A DNA stretch of 64,000 nt from Eledone cirrhosa (taxonomy: Eukaryota): NCBI GenBank assembly GCA_964016885.1, contig CAXHJY010000001.1, positions 558,001-622,000 of the forward strand. Direction: 5' to 3'. The translations under genes and the position numbers were made by a program. Under the pieces are notes generated by a model. It had not been told where the DNA came from, did not search any database, and saw nothing but the letters and a program-made list of their open reading frames with translations. Positions 1-13,540 of the stretch are shown one piece after another. Numbering within the stretch: position 1 is the first letter of the stretch; every line of letters begins with the position of its first letter.

Positions 1-556
1 ATGCTCTATAAATTATATCCTTCTATCACTTCAGAGGTCTGCTCTATGGCAGTTTAGCAAAAAATGCATTCTTATAGGACTTATAAGAAAGTAACAGTAT
101 GAGATAATAGAGAATACTTAAAATGCAGGGATAGATTTAACAGTGGAAATTTTACGTTTTCACCATATTTCCTAGCATCAAAGACATTACTTTTTCCCTA
201 ATATAAGTCCAAAATATCTACCATATGTCCTGGAGGCCGAAGGTTGATTATTATTTTTTTTCAAAAATTGGTCGTCATTGGCACCAGTAAGTACGGTACA
301 TTGGTAAACTGTAGAAATATACCTGCGTCAGATTTACTTATTCATATAAACTAGCTACACCATCACTATAGCCCCTAGTACAGGGCCCCAAAACTGTGGT
401 AACCTCGTGAGATGAGTTTGGAGCAGCTGACTGGCTACCCCCTCCTCACAATGGTGCCACCCAGTACCAGGCCCCCCAAAATTATAGTTCCACTGTGAGA
501 TGAGTTCAGTGCAGCCAACTGGCCTGTCCCTCCTCATAACAGAGCCATCCAGTTCC

Positions 557-885
557 ACACTGTAAACATGGTTGATGTTAGGAAGGGAATCCAGCTGTAA
601 AATACCCCACCAAATTTACAGACCTCACCTGAGCAAGGTGCGACACATGGCCAACCCTGGCCAGACTTGCCTCCTGGTGTGAATGACCCGTCTAACCCAT
701 GCAAGAATGGAAAAATGGACGCTAAATGGTGATGATATATACATACACATATATATATATCTCACCCACACTGGACGTGTAGAAGACAGCAAAAAAGCAT
801 CCAGCCCACACTTGCCTCTAAATGGGACCCGTCTAACACATGCTAGTGTGGAAGATGGACGTTAATTGAAGATGATGATGATGAT
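557..885 (+). mobile_element. Two fragments of the RTE/SINE 3' tail
   Basis: CACACTGTAAA..GGTTGATGTTAGGAAGGG..CCAGCTGTA, then CCCATGC..GGACGTTAA and (GAT)n. The same tail follows the RTE ORF at 60105-60490. Confidence 0.7.
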
Positions 886-1085
886 ATATAATTAAATGTT
901 GTAGTTTGTTTGAAGCATTCTATATAAAATATAACGTTGAAAGAGATAGAAGGCTAAACAATGCAAAATGGACAATAAGATGAGGTAAGGAAAAGTAAAA
1001 GTTACCTGGTAATCTTTGTTTTGTTTTTTTGTTGTTGTTCTTTTATCTGTCCAATATTTCGGGACCTAAAAGTCCTTTCTTCAGG

Positions 1086-1564
1086 GTTTAAGCCTTTAAC
1101 ATTTACATTATTCTATATATACTATTATATTTCCATGGTAATGTCTTTATCTCACATAACATTTACATTACTCTATATATACTATTATATTTCCATGGCA
1201 AAGTCTTTACCTCACATAATATCGAATCTGATATTATTTATATTGAGAACAATACTTTAACATCAGTATGAGTGGCCAGTTACGAGTGGTTTAAAAAGAA
1301 AAAGAGGACAGAACTCTGGCCAGTTATTGCCGGTTTAAATGTTAAAGGGTTAACCCTTTAGCATTCACATTATTTTATATATACTATTATATTTTCATGG
1401 TAAAGGCTTTATCTCACATAATATTGAATCTATCAGATTTTGAAAGTATTTATTTTGAGAACAATACTTTAACATCAGTCTGAGCAACCAGTTACAACGA
1501 GTTTCAACAGAAAGAGGTAGAGAATTCTGGCCAGTTTGGGCTGGTTTGTACACTAAAGGGTTAA
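1086..1564 (+). mobile_element. Two head-to-tail TTAA-flanked MITEs (piggyBac-like ends) sharing the TTAA at 1350-1353
   Basis: TTAACCCTTTAGCATT..AAAGGGTTAA termini. The first copy has a 2x60-bp subterminal duplication. Same family as 19177, 19690, 34888 and 39390. Confidence 0.8.
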
Positions 1565-1661
1565 GCAACTTTCAGTGGATAATGTTCCAATTTCCTCTCT
1601 TTGGGATTAATTTTGGATTTTGATTAACATTTTTTCTAAGTTGTTTTCAAGCATTTTATAA

Positions 1662-2336
1662 AATTGATGGAAGCTATGAAGTAGGAAGACCTGGGATGAG
1701 GTGATAATAGCTGACCTGACACAATTGATGGAAGCTATAGAGTAGGAAGACCTGGGATGAGGTGATAAAAGCTGACCTGACACAATTGATGGAAGCTATG
1801 AAGTATGAAGACCTGGGATGAGGTGATAACAGCTGACCTCACACAATTGATGGAAGCTATGGAGTAGGAAGACCTGGGATGAGGTGATAACAGCTGACCT
1901 GACACGATTGATGGAAGCTATAGAGTAGGAAGACCTGGGATGAGGTGATAACAGCTGACCTCACACAATTGATGGAAGCTATAGAGTAGGAAGACCTGGG
2001 ATGAGGTGATAACAGCTGACCTCACACAATTGATGGAAGATATGGAGTAGGAAGACCTGGGATGAGGTGATAAAAGCTGACCTCACACAATTGATGGAAG
2101 CTATGAAGTAGGAAGACCTGGGATGAGGTGATAACAGCTGACCTCACACAATTGATGGAAGCTATGAAGTAGGAAGACCTGGGATGAGGTGATAACAGCT
2201 GACCTCACACAACTGATGGAAGCAATGAAGTAGGAAGACCTGGGATGAGGTGATAAAAGCTGACCTCACACAACTGATGGAAGCAATGAAGTAGGAAGAC
2301 CTGGGATGAGGTGATAACAGCTGACCTCACACAATT
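1662..2336. repeat. Minisatellite, 61-62 bp unit, about 11 copies
   Basis: AATTGATGGAAGCTATGAAGTAGGAAGACCTGGGATGAGGTGATAACAGCTGACCTCACAC in tandem, no spacers. Confidence 0.95.
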
Positions 2337-2479
2337 GCACTTCTCAAAGACAATGACACAGGATCGAGATCTTTGGTGTTATACAGTAATATAGAAGACC
2401 AGCCATCCCTAGCATTGGTATCAATGACTCCCACATGGACATCAATACACATCTATATATACACACCTAACATATCGAA

Positions 2480-2810
2480 GACCTCTGTCGGTCAAGAATG
2501 ACCATGTGATTTGCAACTAGAAAGTTCCCCTCTGAGGCACAAGTCCAGCAGTCACCCAAGTATACCAGTCTACCCTCTCCACGCCACCGATGTTGTCCAA
2601 GGGAAAGGTAATAGCTGATACAGCTTGGTACCAGTTACATCACTACATATATATATACTATATATATATCATATATACACTGTCTACAGTATATATACAC
2701 AATATATATATTATATATACACAGTGTACAATATATATAATACGCTATATATGTTGTCCAAGGGAAAGGCAATGGCTGATACAGCTTGGCACCAGTGACA
2801 TCACAACATA
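2480..2810 (-). mobile_element. SINE fragment with a local duplication
   Basis: GAATGACCAT..CTAGAAAGTTCCCCTC..TGTCCAAGGGAAAGG..GATACAGCTTGGCACCAGTGAC, also present at 33345-33600. Confidence 0.6.
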
Positions 2811-3220
2811 TATATATATAACTTATATCCCAGACTTCCATAGATTATTTCTATTCTACAGCTATCTCTCTTCCCCAATTTCAAAATGTTCTGTTTACAT
2901 TATTATTATTATTATCATTCACTTGTTTCCACAATGTATATACTTCGACCTTGTTTTTGATATAAACCATGTTGGACATTGTGTCTTTCTCTACAAATTC
3001 ATCCCTAACCCCTGCAATTACCTCTCCTTTCTCTCAAAGCTAGGTGACAATCTTCGAAATTCTTGCATATCTGCCTTTTCTAATAGGCCTACTTATATCT
3101 GCTTATTTCCCCCGAATCTCCTGTGATGATATATGTCATGATGGCTACCTATCTCACAATTTCCCACTCACCACCATTGGCTATTTGACCAATCAAACCA
3201 CAGCAACATGTCCTTACCCA

Positions 3221-3760
3221 TTACCAGCCCCAACAAACTCTGCCATTACTACTACTGTCCTTCTAGCCGTTACCAGCCCCAACAAACTCTGCCATTACTA
3301 CTACTGTCCTTCTAGCCGTTACCAGCCCCAACAAACTCTGCCATTACTACTACTGTCCTTCTAGCCGTTACCAGCCCCAACAAACTCTGCCATTACTACT
3401 ACTGTCCTTCTAGCCGTTACCAGCCCCAACAAACTCTGCCATTACTACTACTGTCCTTCTAGCCGTTACCAGCCCCCAACAAACTCTGTCATTACTACTA
3501 CTGTCCTTCTAGCCGTTACCAGCCCCACCAAACTCTGTCATTACTACTACTGTCCTTCTAGCCCTTACCAGCCCCAACAAACTCTGTCATTACTACTACT
3601 GTCCTTCTAGCCCTTACCAGCCCCAACAAACACTGCCATTACTACTACTGTCCTTCTAGCCCTTACCAGCCCCAACAAACTCTGCCATTACTACTACTGT
3701 GCTTCTAGCCCTTACCAGCCCCAACAAACTTTGCCATTACTACTACTGTCCTTCTAGCCC
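3221..3760. repeat. Minisatellite, 49-bp unit, about 11 copies
   Basis: TTACCAGCCCCAACAAACTCTGCCATTACTACTACTGTCCTTCTAGCCG in tandem. Confidence 0.95.
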
Positions 3761-3879
3761 TGCACCAAAGAATACTTTATTACTATTATGTATGGAGGAG
3801 CGAAGGATAAATGGAACAACCCCGAATAAATAAATGAATATGAATCTGCGAGTTACCAAGCACCCATGCAAAGCTTTAA

Positions 3880-5482
3880 TTCAGAGACAGGAAGCATACA
3901 CACTCCCCTGCAAAAATTCACCCTCTCCCACAAATGATGGCAAATGTTCAAAACTCTGAGTTGGCAGCATCAACATAAGCACAATGAAAGGAAGGGAAGG
4001 AGAAATTATAGACATGCTAGAGTGAAAGGATATTGACGTATGCTGTGTGCAAGAGACTAGGTGGAGGGGAGAGTTCGCTAGAGTCCTTGTAGGCAAAAGT
4101 TAGTGCTATAAATTTTTCTGGGTGGGAAATGACAATGGGATGGGTGGTGTAGGTATACTATTAGCTGACAAATGGGTAGATAAAGTAATAACCACACATA
4201 TTGTTAACCAGGTAATACTAGAGGGTGTCATACCAAAGGATTGGTGCAGCAGCATCATCGTCAACTGCTACAAGGGTAAAGTAGATGCACTAGATAGAAT
4301 AAACTATAGAGGTATGAAGCTGATGGACCAGGTCATGAAAGTAATCGAAAGAGTCATAGCACAGTTGATCAGGGAGTGGGTAAAACTAGGTGAGATGCAG
4401 TTTGGGCTTGTGCCAGGAAAAAGCACCACTGATGCTCTCTTCCTTGTGAGGCAGTTACAGGTAAAGTACCTAGCTAAAAGCAAGCCGCTCTACCTGGCTC
4501 TTGTCGATATGGAAAAATTCTTCAACAGAGTGCTCCGTGCTATAATCTGGTGGGCTCTTAGAAAACTAAGAGTAGATTAGTGGCTTGTGAAAGCTGTACA
4601 AGCCATGTATAGGGGAGCAGTCAGCAAAGTTAGAGTTAACAATTACTATAGCGAGGAATCTAGCATACAGGTCGGTGTCCACCAGGGCTCTGTTCTTAAC
4701 CTTCTTCTGTTTATAATAGTATTGCAGGCTATAACAGAGGAGTTTAAGACCTGATGCCCATAGGAACTCCTATATGCGGATGATCTTACACTTATAGCTG
4801 AATCTATGGCAGAACTAAAGAAACAAGCACCACCAAACTCTGGGAGAGATCTGTAGAAACAGTAGACAGCTTTTGCTACCTAGGTGACGAAATGAGCAGC
4901 GGAGGTGGGTGTTCTGAAAGTACAGTAACAGGATTGAAGAAGTTTAGGGAGCTACTGCCACTGCTAGCTGCAAAAGGCTTTTCCCTCAAAATGAAAGGCA
5001 GACAGTATGATGCGTGCATACGAACAGCAATGCTACATGGTAGTGAGACCTGGGCACTGTCTGTAGAAGACTTGCGTAGATTAGAAAGAAACGAAGCTTG
5101 CATGCTCCGATGGACGTGTAATAGTAATATACGCGAACGGCAAAGCATTAACAAATTGAGGGAGAGACTGAACATAAGAGGAATCAAATGCTGTGTGCAG
5201 CAGAGGAGGTTGTGTTGTAGCCCCTGGGTACAAGCTGAAGCACATAGACAATATGCCCCACCCCCTCCCACTGTAAAGTGGCCGTGGAGGTGTCACAACA
5301 AAAAAACACCCATCACTCACTGTGAGGTTGGTGTTAGGAAGGGCATCCAGCTGTGGAAATCAAGCCGAAATCGGTTCCCATCTGAGCAAGACAAGGTCAC
5401 CCTATCTGGCACTGCCCACAACAGGACAACCTGTCTAACCCATACTACCATGGAAGAAGGGACGTAAAACAGTGATGATGAT
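3880..5482 (+). mobile_element. Degenerate, internally deleted RTE-clade LINE
   Basis: APE N-terminus (DVCCVQETRW, LADKWVDK) joined to RT pieces (MQFGLVPGKSTTDA, YADD, AMLHGSETW), with stops and deletions, then the 3' tail ending (GAT)n. Confidence 0.9.
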
Positions 5483-5582
5483 ATAGATATATATACACTG
5501 TGTACAGTATATATACACTATATATATGTGCAAGAGAAAGGTTATGACTGATATAGCTTGGCACCAGTGACATCACAACTCA

Positions 5583-5715
5583 TTTCTACAGCTGAGTAAA
5601 CTGGAGTAACGTGAAATAAAGTGTCTTGCTCAAGGACACAACACAACACCCTGTCCGAGAATCGAACTCACAACCTTTAGATTGCAAGCCCAATGCTTTA
5701 ACCACTAAGCCATGA
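5583..5715 (-). mobile_element. tRNA-derived SINE (family A), partial
   Basis: Minus strand has box A-like TGGCTTAGTGG and box B-like GAGTTCGATTC, followed by CTTGAGCAAGACACTTTATTTCAC. Confidence 0.8.
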
Positions 5716-5929
5716 TACGTTCCAGAAACAACCATGTTACAGAGAGACCAATCTATGAAGGGTTTGTAGTAGATTAGAGCAAAACACAATCAGTAAAACA
5801 ATAATGGAATGAAAATATAAAAATTTGTTCATAATTAAAGCCTTAAGATGTCCCTTCCTTACGATATACTCTTTAATAACATCGAAACTTATTTAATAAG
5901 TTTAAATTTTAAACACTTTTTACTCAGAC

Positions 5930-6080
5930 GTACCGCGATAAGAAAATAGATATGTTCTAACGAATAATCCGCGATGTGGCGAGGATTACCGCGATAGGAA
6001 ATTAGATACGTTCCAAAGAAATATCCGCGATGTAACGGTACTGCGAAAAGTGAACCGCGATATAGCGGGGGATTACTGTA
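5930..6080 (-). mobile_element. One end of a pogo/Tigger-like (Tc1/mariner) DNA transposon
   Basis: Minus strand reads TA|CAGTAATCCCCCGCTATATCGCGG, with repeated CCGCGAT subterminal motifs. The second end was not identified. Confidence 0.6.
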
Positions 6081-6217
6081 TATATACACACACAATATAC
6101 ATTTATCTATATACACTCATAACATTTATTTCGATGTTTGACATTAAAATGTTGACTGAGGGTGCAACAACTGTTTCTTGTGTGAGGTTGTTCCAGTGGT
6201 TGAAATATAGACGGAGG

Positions 6218-6924
6218 TGTAACGGAATATTATGTGTGGTTGTAACGACAAGTGGATGTAACTGTTGGTATGGTGGTTTCGGTGTAAAGAAAAATACCAG
6301 GAGTGTTGTTACAAAGTTTATTTTATTACAACAATATTCAATTTGAATATTGAATGATAAAATAATTGACACAAACTATTCATACAATAATTTGGAGGCT
6401 CTTCAAGCCACGTAAATTCAAATATCACAGAATACGATTATAATACGTGTAAACAGAAATGAATGATACGTGTACAAATGCTGGACTCACTATGAATGCG
6501 TGTGTGCGGCGTATCAGTATATTTACTTATTTGTATTGCAGGAGTCAGCGATCAGCCAGGAAGGTGAGAATAAGTGGTAGACTGGTTTTTCGTGACGAGA
6601 GCTTGTAAAACGTCTTGTCTTGTCTGTATCCCACTTCTTTTCTGTTTTTGGCGTAAACAATCCCTGTCTTTATAAGAGTTGAATTTAGAAGGATAGATAT
6701 ATCCTCTAAACTTTGGTTAGTCTCCCAAGGGATTAGTTTGCCAAGCGTAAACAAGTCATAAAGATGGATATATCCTCTGACCTATTTTCTGTCAGGCGTA
6801 AACACCTCTGACCTGCGTTTAGCCTCTCCCAAGGGGTTAGTCTCTTGGGCGTAAACAAGTTACCACGGCTTGTCCCAGAGGCGGGAAAGCTCAGATTCGG
6901 TTTCGAATCTTCGCCGCCGTTATA
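6218..6924 (-). repeat. 3' LTR of the Gypsy element (about 300 bp longer than the 5' LTR)
   Basis: Aligns with 10138-10542 apart from the extra segment at about 6246-6548. Adjoins the polypurine tract. Confidence 0.85.
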
Positions 6925-7337
6925 GTACCCCCCCTTCCAGTGAGAAAGCTAAGATTGAACGATCTAGGTGCATGTGAAATGAAGATAGGTATGACTAGGT
7001 GTGTTGTTGAAGAAAATCAGTAAAAATAAAAAAACACATGAAAGTCATTTACAAACAGGAGACATGAAAGAAAGCATGCAAACCAAAAGGAATTTATATG
7101 CAGGAAAATGTACTGTGATGTTACATAATATTGAAAATGTTCGTACGAAAAGTTTGTTGATTAAAAGTTTGTTCATTTCATAGAAACGGGAAAATGTTCT
7201 TTTGTCTGTTCTTTTGATGTGGGTGATGCACAGAGTTAATTGGTTTGTGTGTAGCAATAGTTCATGACCACAGAAATTGGCCAATTCGTTGAAATGTACA
7301 AATTAGCCGAAATGTCGACCAGATGCATAATTTGTAC

Positions 7338-9987
7338 TTACCCGATAAACTTGTACGTATCCCATGGCGTGGGCCATCGGACTGTTCTTCCGGATTTGGT
7401 GTGTCGGGGTTGTGCAGAATTTGCCGTGTTTGTGTCGGGCAAAATTGTTGGTGAGTCTGCTGGAGAAACGGTGGGTACTGGTGGCAATTCCTGTTCTATG
7501 AACGCTTTTTTTAAACGATCAATGGAGACGGTATTTCGCTTCCCGTTCAAGTCGAAGACGAAATACTTAGAGCATTTCTGTATCACCTTGTAGGGCCCGG
7601 ACGGAATACGGCGGACGAAGTTGCGATGGAATACCGTCATTTCTAACGAAAACATGCGTCCATGTATCGATGTCTTTTGGTATGTGTGAAGTAACGTGCT
7701 GTTGTTTAGGGGCTGAAGGAGACAGATGCGACATTGATGACCATAAACGGTGCACGTATTTTGTAGGGTCTGGAAGTTCTTGTGGCGAAACAGGAGTGAT
7801 CATTTGTCCGGGTAGAGTGAGTACGGTGCCATACACCATTTCAGCCGGAGAATGTCCGGCTCCCTCTTTAACAGTGGAACGAATACCAAGAAGAATGAGT
7901 GGGAGGTATTCGAACCAGTTAGTGGAGTCTTCGTAAGCCTTGATAGATGCTTTTAGCTGGCGGTGTAAGCGTTCTACCATGCCGTTAGCGGCAGGGTGAT
8001 ACGCTGTTGTACGGATGTGTTTGCACCCGAGGAGACGAGTCAGCTCGGTAAATAGGTTCGAATCGAACTGACGTCCTCTATCCGTAGTGATGGTCACGGG
8101 TGTGCCGAAACGCGAAACCCAGTGAAACACTAACGTTTTGGCGACAGTTTCCGCAGTAATATCCGTCAGGGGAAAAGCTTCTGGCCAGCGAGAAAATCGG
8201 TCGACACAGGTGAGAAGATGAGTGTAGTTTTGAGAAGGGGGAAAAGGTCCAACTATGTCTATATGCACATGTTGGAACCGTGCATCAGGTGTTGCGAAAG
8301 AAGCGATCGGGGCTTTGATGTGCCGGTGAATTTTCGCCTTCTGGCACGCGATGCAGTTCCTAGCCCATTCGCGGGTGTCCTTGTTGATGTTGGGCCACAC
8401 AAAGCGGGCAACCATCAGTTTCTGCGTGGCATAGATGCCAGGATGTGCCAGAGAATGCTGTGTCGAGAAAACGTCGCGTCGATGTTTCCGGGGCACGTAT
8501 GGGCGCTCGCGGCCTGTGGAGATGTCACACCAAATATAACCCGAAGAAGAGGGCAGCGGGCATTCCTTCAATTTCAAGGATGATTTCCGGAGTTGCAGCA
8601 GTTCCTCGTCATTCTGTTGATCCGCTGCAATCTTCTGGAGGTCGATAGTGGCAGTGGTGTGGATTGCGTTAAGCTCCATGCGCGATAGGGCATAAGCTGC
8701 TGAGTTGGTGGCACCCTTAATGTACCGAATATCAGTAGTGTACTGAGAAATGAAGTCCAGATGTCGGACCTCCCTGGGTGAGTGTCGGTCAGGCTTGGCA
8801 TTGAACGCGTACACTAGTGGTTTGTGTCGGTGTATATAGAGAACACACGACCTTTTAGCATGTGTCGAAAATGCTTGACAGCAAGGTATGCTGCCAATAA
8901 TTCACGACTAAATGTGCTGTACTTAGTTTCGGCGGGTTTTAATCGCTTAGAGAAAAAAGATACAGGTCGCCAAATATCGCCAGAGAGTTGTTGAAGCACA
9001 CCTCCAACTCCGAAATCGGATGCATCAGTCAATAAACACATTGGGGCGTCAGGTTTGGGGTAACTCAGCATTGTAGCCTCGGACAACATTTTCTTCAACT
9101 CAGCGAAAGCGGTACCTTCTTTTTCGCTGACCTTGATGTTTGCGTTTTTGGTTGTACGCTGCCGCAGCAAATCTGTGAGTGGTTGGGCTGTCTCTGCACA
9201 GTGGGGTATAAATCTTCTGTAGAAGTTTACCAGGCCAAGAAATTCTCGCAGTTTGCGGAGAGATATAGGTTGTGGAAAATCAATGATGGATTTGACTTTC
9301 TCCTTAAGTGGGCGAATACCATCTTTGTCAATGATGTGTCCCAGAAAATGAAGGGACGCAACTCCGAACTCACATTTGCTGGGGTTGATAACAATTCCAT
9401 ATTCACGCAAACGTGTGAATAGGAGATCCAGGTGTTTCTCATGTGCTTCATCGGAGCTGCTGGCCACCAGTAAGTCGCCAATGTATGCGTATACAAAAGG
9501 TAGACCCCTGGTGACTGTATCATGAATCGCTGGAATGTTTGCGCTGCATTTCGCAAACCGAAAGGCATGCACAGAAATTCGAACATTCCAAAGGGTGTTG
9601 TGACGGCGGTCTTTGGAATATCTGCGGGCTCAACGGGTATCTGATTGTAAGCTCGCACAAGATCGATCTTCGAAAATATGCGAGCCCCGTGCAGCGAGCT
9701 AGAGAGAAGTCCTGTAGATGAGGCACTGGATAAGAGTTAGGAACGGTGCAGTTGTTTAGTGCACGGTAGTCGCCACAGATTCGCCAGTCGTTCGACGACT
9801 TCTTGGGTACACAGTGTATGGGTGAGGACCAGTTGCTGCTGGACGGACGTATGATGCCGAGATCCAGCATGTGCTGAAATTCTTGTTTGACGGACTTCAG
9901 CCGGTCTGGTGGTAGCCTTCTAGGTCGTGCAGCGACAGGTGGGCCGTGTGTTATTATGCGAACTGCGCTTGGATGTGCGCGAACCAC
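7338..9987 (-). pseudogene. pol: Gypsy pol (RT, RNase H, integrase) broken into several frames
   Basis: RT: [38 protein letters not shown]. RNase H: TDASDFGVGGVL, RELLA. Integrase: [28 protein letters not shown]-terminal SGPYKV. Confidence 0.93.
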
Positions 9988-10137
9988 AGTGTTAGATCGT
10001 GCACCCAGAATGGTGGAATTCTTAATGTAAATGCCGCCCTCACTGCCATTTCTGCCGTAGATGAATCGTCGTGTGCTAGAGACATCGTTTGTAGTGGATG
10101 ATCAGAAGTTGTGTGTCTGTTTTACGGGGTCACCAGT

Positions 10138-10542
10138 TGTAACGGAATATGTGGTTGTATCGATCAGCCAGGCAGGAGAGGAAATTAGTGACGGACTGGT
10201 GTATTTCGTGACGAGAGCTTGTAAAGGCCACTTGTGTTGTCTGTATATCACTTCTTTTCTGTCGGGGCGTAAACAACCCCTGTATTTATAAGAGTTGAAG
10301 TTAGAAGGATAGATATATCCTCTGAACTTTGGTTAGCGTCTCCCAAGGGATTAGTTTGCCAAGCGTAAACAACTCAGAAAGATGGATATATCCTCTGACC
10401 TATTTTCTGTCAGGCTTAAACACCTCTGACCTGTGTTTAGCCTCTCCCAAGGGGTTAGTCTCTTGAGCGTAAACAACTTACCATGGCTTGTTCCAGAGGT
10501 GGGAAAGCTCAGATTCGGTTTCCAATCTTTGCCGCCGTTATA
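10138..10542 (-). repeat. 5' LTR of the Gypsy element
   Basis: On the minus strand it is directly followed by PBS TGGTGACCCCG, complementary to a tRNA-Trp-type 3' end. Confidence 0.9.
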
Positions 10543-11010
10543 TATATATAACAAAGGAGGTGTGGTAAGGAACCAGAAGGACCATAATGCACCAGAGTAC
10601 TCAATATATAAATATATATATATCAGTGGCAAAGAGTAACCTGGAAAGCAGGGTATGCAGTCCAATCGCCATGGTGGAAAGTATGAAAGTTGGCCTACTT
10701 TCATACACAATCCTTAGAATTTGCTGTTTAGATTTCACTTTCAACGCTTGACCGGCTCCCCCACTCCCTCATTGCTCTACAGGCAAGTTCAGCCATCCCC
10801 ACCTCCCACCCACTGCCATGATAGACTTAATTGTGTTTACCAGGAATTTTTGACCAATCCTCTTGACAGCTACAATCTTCCCATATAAGGAAGTACCCCT
10901 TGAAAAGTTCGGCTATTTATTTACCAGGCTAAAAATTCTAATTTAGTCCAGAAATAGCCGTCGAAACGGCTTGAGCTCTACTGTCGAGGTCATACATTTT
11001 CCTATATATA

Positions 11011-13540
11011 TCATCATCATCTTCGTTTAACGTCCATTTTCCACGCTAGCATGGGTTAGACGGGAGTTGAGGCAAGGCTGGTCGGGTCTACTCTATTACT
11101 GCATAGTACCAAAGATCTCAGTCCAGAGACATTGTCTTAGAGAGATGTAAGTGTGTAAGGTCGGAATTTATCAGATCATCTCAGGTTTTTCTGGGTTTAC
11201 CTACTCCGTAACTACCATCAATTTTGATCGCCCTGCACTTTTTTATACAACTGTCGTCTTTCATGAGCATCACATGGCCATACCAATGTAGTCTTCTCTC
11301 AAGTAAACAGCATCTGATCCCTCTTATTCCTAATTTCTCACTTAGTTCATATATGCTTTGCCGTTCACGTATATTACTATTACACATCCAACGGAGCATG
11401 CATGCTTCATTCCTTTCCAGCCTACGCAGGTCCTCTGCAGGTAATGCCCATGTCTCACTGCCATGTAGCATTGCTGTTCGTATACATGCATCATACAATC
11501 TGCCTTTCATTTTTAGAGAGAAACCTTTTGTGGCCAACAGCAGTATAAGCACTCTGAACTTTTTCCATCCCGTTCTGACTCTGGCTACTGTACTTTCAGA
11601 ACACCCTCCACCACTGTTGATTTCGTCACCCAGGTAACGGAAAGTGTCTACTATTTCTATAGAACCATCAAGGCAATAGAAGGAGCTAGTATCCTTTGTA
11701 CACTTGCTACTTATTGCACCTGAGCATTGGCCACATATAAAGTCTACGTTCTTAGATAGTTTACCTGTGATCCCACTACATCTTTTATGTACCCATACTT
11801 TGCATTTGGGACATAAAATGGAATTTCTGCCTACTCCTTTCCTACACACTGAGCATGGCCATTTCCTTGAGGGCACCTGTGCCCTATTTTCCTTTCTACA
11901 AACTAGAACTTTAGTCTTAGACAAGTTAACTTTAAGGCCTTTTGATTCTAGGCCATGCTTCCATGTTTCGAATTTCTTCTCTAGTTCAGCCATTGATTCA
12001 ACTATGAGCATTAGATCATCTGCGTATAGGAGTTCCCATGGGCAGCGGGTCTTGAGCTCCTCTGTTATAGCCTGAAGGGCAATAATAAATAAGAGGGGGC
12101 TAAGGACAGAGCCTTGATGAACGCCAACTTTTACACTAAATTCTTCACAATATTCATTGTTAATTCTAACCTTACTGACTGTTTCATTATACATAGCTTG
12201 TATAGCTCTCACCAGCCATTCATCTACATCTAGTTTTCTAAGAGCCCACCAGATAATGGAGCGGGGGACTCTGTCAAAAGCTTTCTCCAAGTCTACAAAA
12301 GCAAAGTAGAGGGGTTTACTTTTAGCTAGGTACTTCTCTTGTAGTTGTCGTACAAGGAAAAGAGCGTCTGTGGTACTTTTACCTGACACAAACCCAAACT
12401 GCATTTCATCTAGATCAATTCGCTCTCTGATTAGTTGCGCTATTACTCTTTCTGTGACCTTCATGACCTGATCAAATAACTTAATGCCTCTATAGTTTCC
12501 CCTATCTAGAGCATCCCCTTTACCCTTGTAGCAGTTAATGATGATGCTGCTACGCCAGTCTTTCGGTATGACCCCATTCTGTATTACTTGGTTAACTATA
12601 CGGGTGACCATAGTGTGTCCCGCCATACCAGATGCCTTCAACATCTCAGCAACTACCTCCGAAGGGCCAGTTGCCTTGCCTGCCTTCATATCTTTGATTG
12701 CCTTACTTATTATACTACCTTTACCTTGCACCGCTGGTCCTTCTATTGGATCGATTTGGGGCAGACTATCTTTTTCCCACTTATTCTCCTCATTTAATAG
12801 TCTCTCGTAGTGACACTTCCAGGCTTATCCAGTATCAGTGAGCGCAAGTACACCATTATCATTACGGACACACTTCTCCCCGACAATATCACGGTTTTCC
12901 TTGACACATTGTCTAGCAATCCTGAACACCTCACGTTTTTGGTCCTCACGTTGCAGAACATGCTTGAACTTTCTATCCTCTGCTACCCTTTTTGCAAGGT
13001 ACACTTGTCTCCTAGCTTCTCTCCTGGCCACTTGATAGTGCTCTCTACTTCCCCCATCCCGCCATTCTTTCCAAGCCTGCTTTTTGGCCTTGATTGTCTC
13101 TTCCACCTCACTGTTCCACTATTCTGTCATTCACTCTATTTACGTCATTACCTTATCTACCCATTTTTCAGCTAACATAATTCCTATACTACCCTGTCCA
13201 TTGTCATTTCCCACCCAGAAAAGTTTATAGCATCGTTCTTTACCCACGATGAATTTGGCAGATCCCCCTCCCCACCTAGCCTCTTGAATACAACAAACAT
13301 CAACTTCTTTACGTTCAAGCATCTCTACAACCTCATTTGAGCGACCTTTCAATGTGCCTACGTTCATGGTACCAACTCTGAAGTTGGGAGGGTGGGATGG
13401 ATGGGTTGGAGGGGCAGGGAGGGGTGTGGGAGACGGGATTTTGTTGGTCATCTGTGTCTGAAATAAAGAGGGGTCCTTGTATTCTCGTCTTGCAGCAGGA
13501 GGTGAATTTGTCTTTGTCTGTGACATTGTCATTGAGTGCC
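11011..13540 (-). mobile_element. RTE-clade LINE with an internal deletion in the endonuclease region
   Basis: APE start (VGTMNVGTL, DVCCIQEARW) at 13140-13400, 516-aa RT ORF at 11181-12731, tail GGACGTTAAAC(GAT)n at about 11011-11060. Confidence 0.93.
11181..12731 (-). pseudogene. RTE reverse transcriptase remnant with a Cys/His finger insert
   Basis: NYRGIKL, QFGF, FVDLEKAFD, GVHQGSVLSP, YADD, CSVC..CPKCKVWVHKRC..CGQC, FRYLG. Confidence 0.9.

Larger units (their letters stand above)
6218..10542 (-). mobile_element. Gypsy/Ty3 LTR retrotransposon, gag/protease largely deleted, pol frameshifted
   Basis: LTRs at 6218-6924 and 10138-10542 with TGTAACGG..CCGTTATA ends. PBS TGGTGACCCCG at 10125-10135, PPT at 6928-6938. 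Domain order RT-RNaseH-integrase. Confidence 0.95.

Noticed and set aside
1662-2336. Regular arrays (also 3221, 19701, 44430, 51335) as CRISPR
   Set aside because: Units are contiguous with no unique spacers, there are no cas genes, and the context is eukaryotic.
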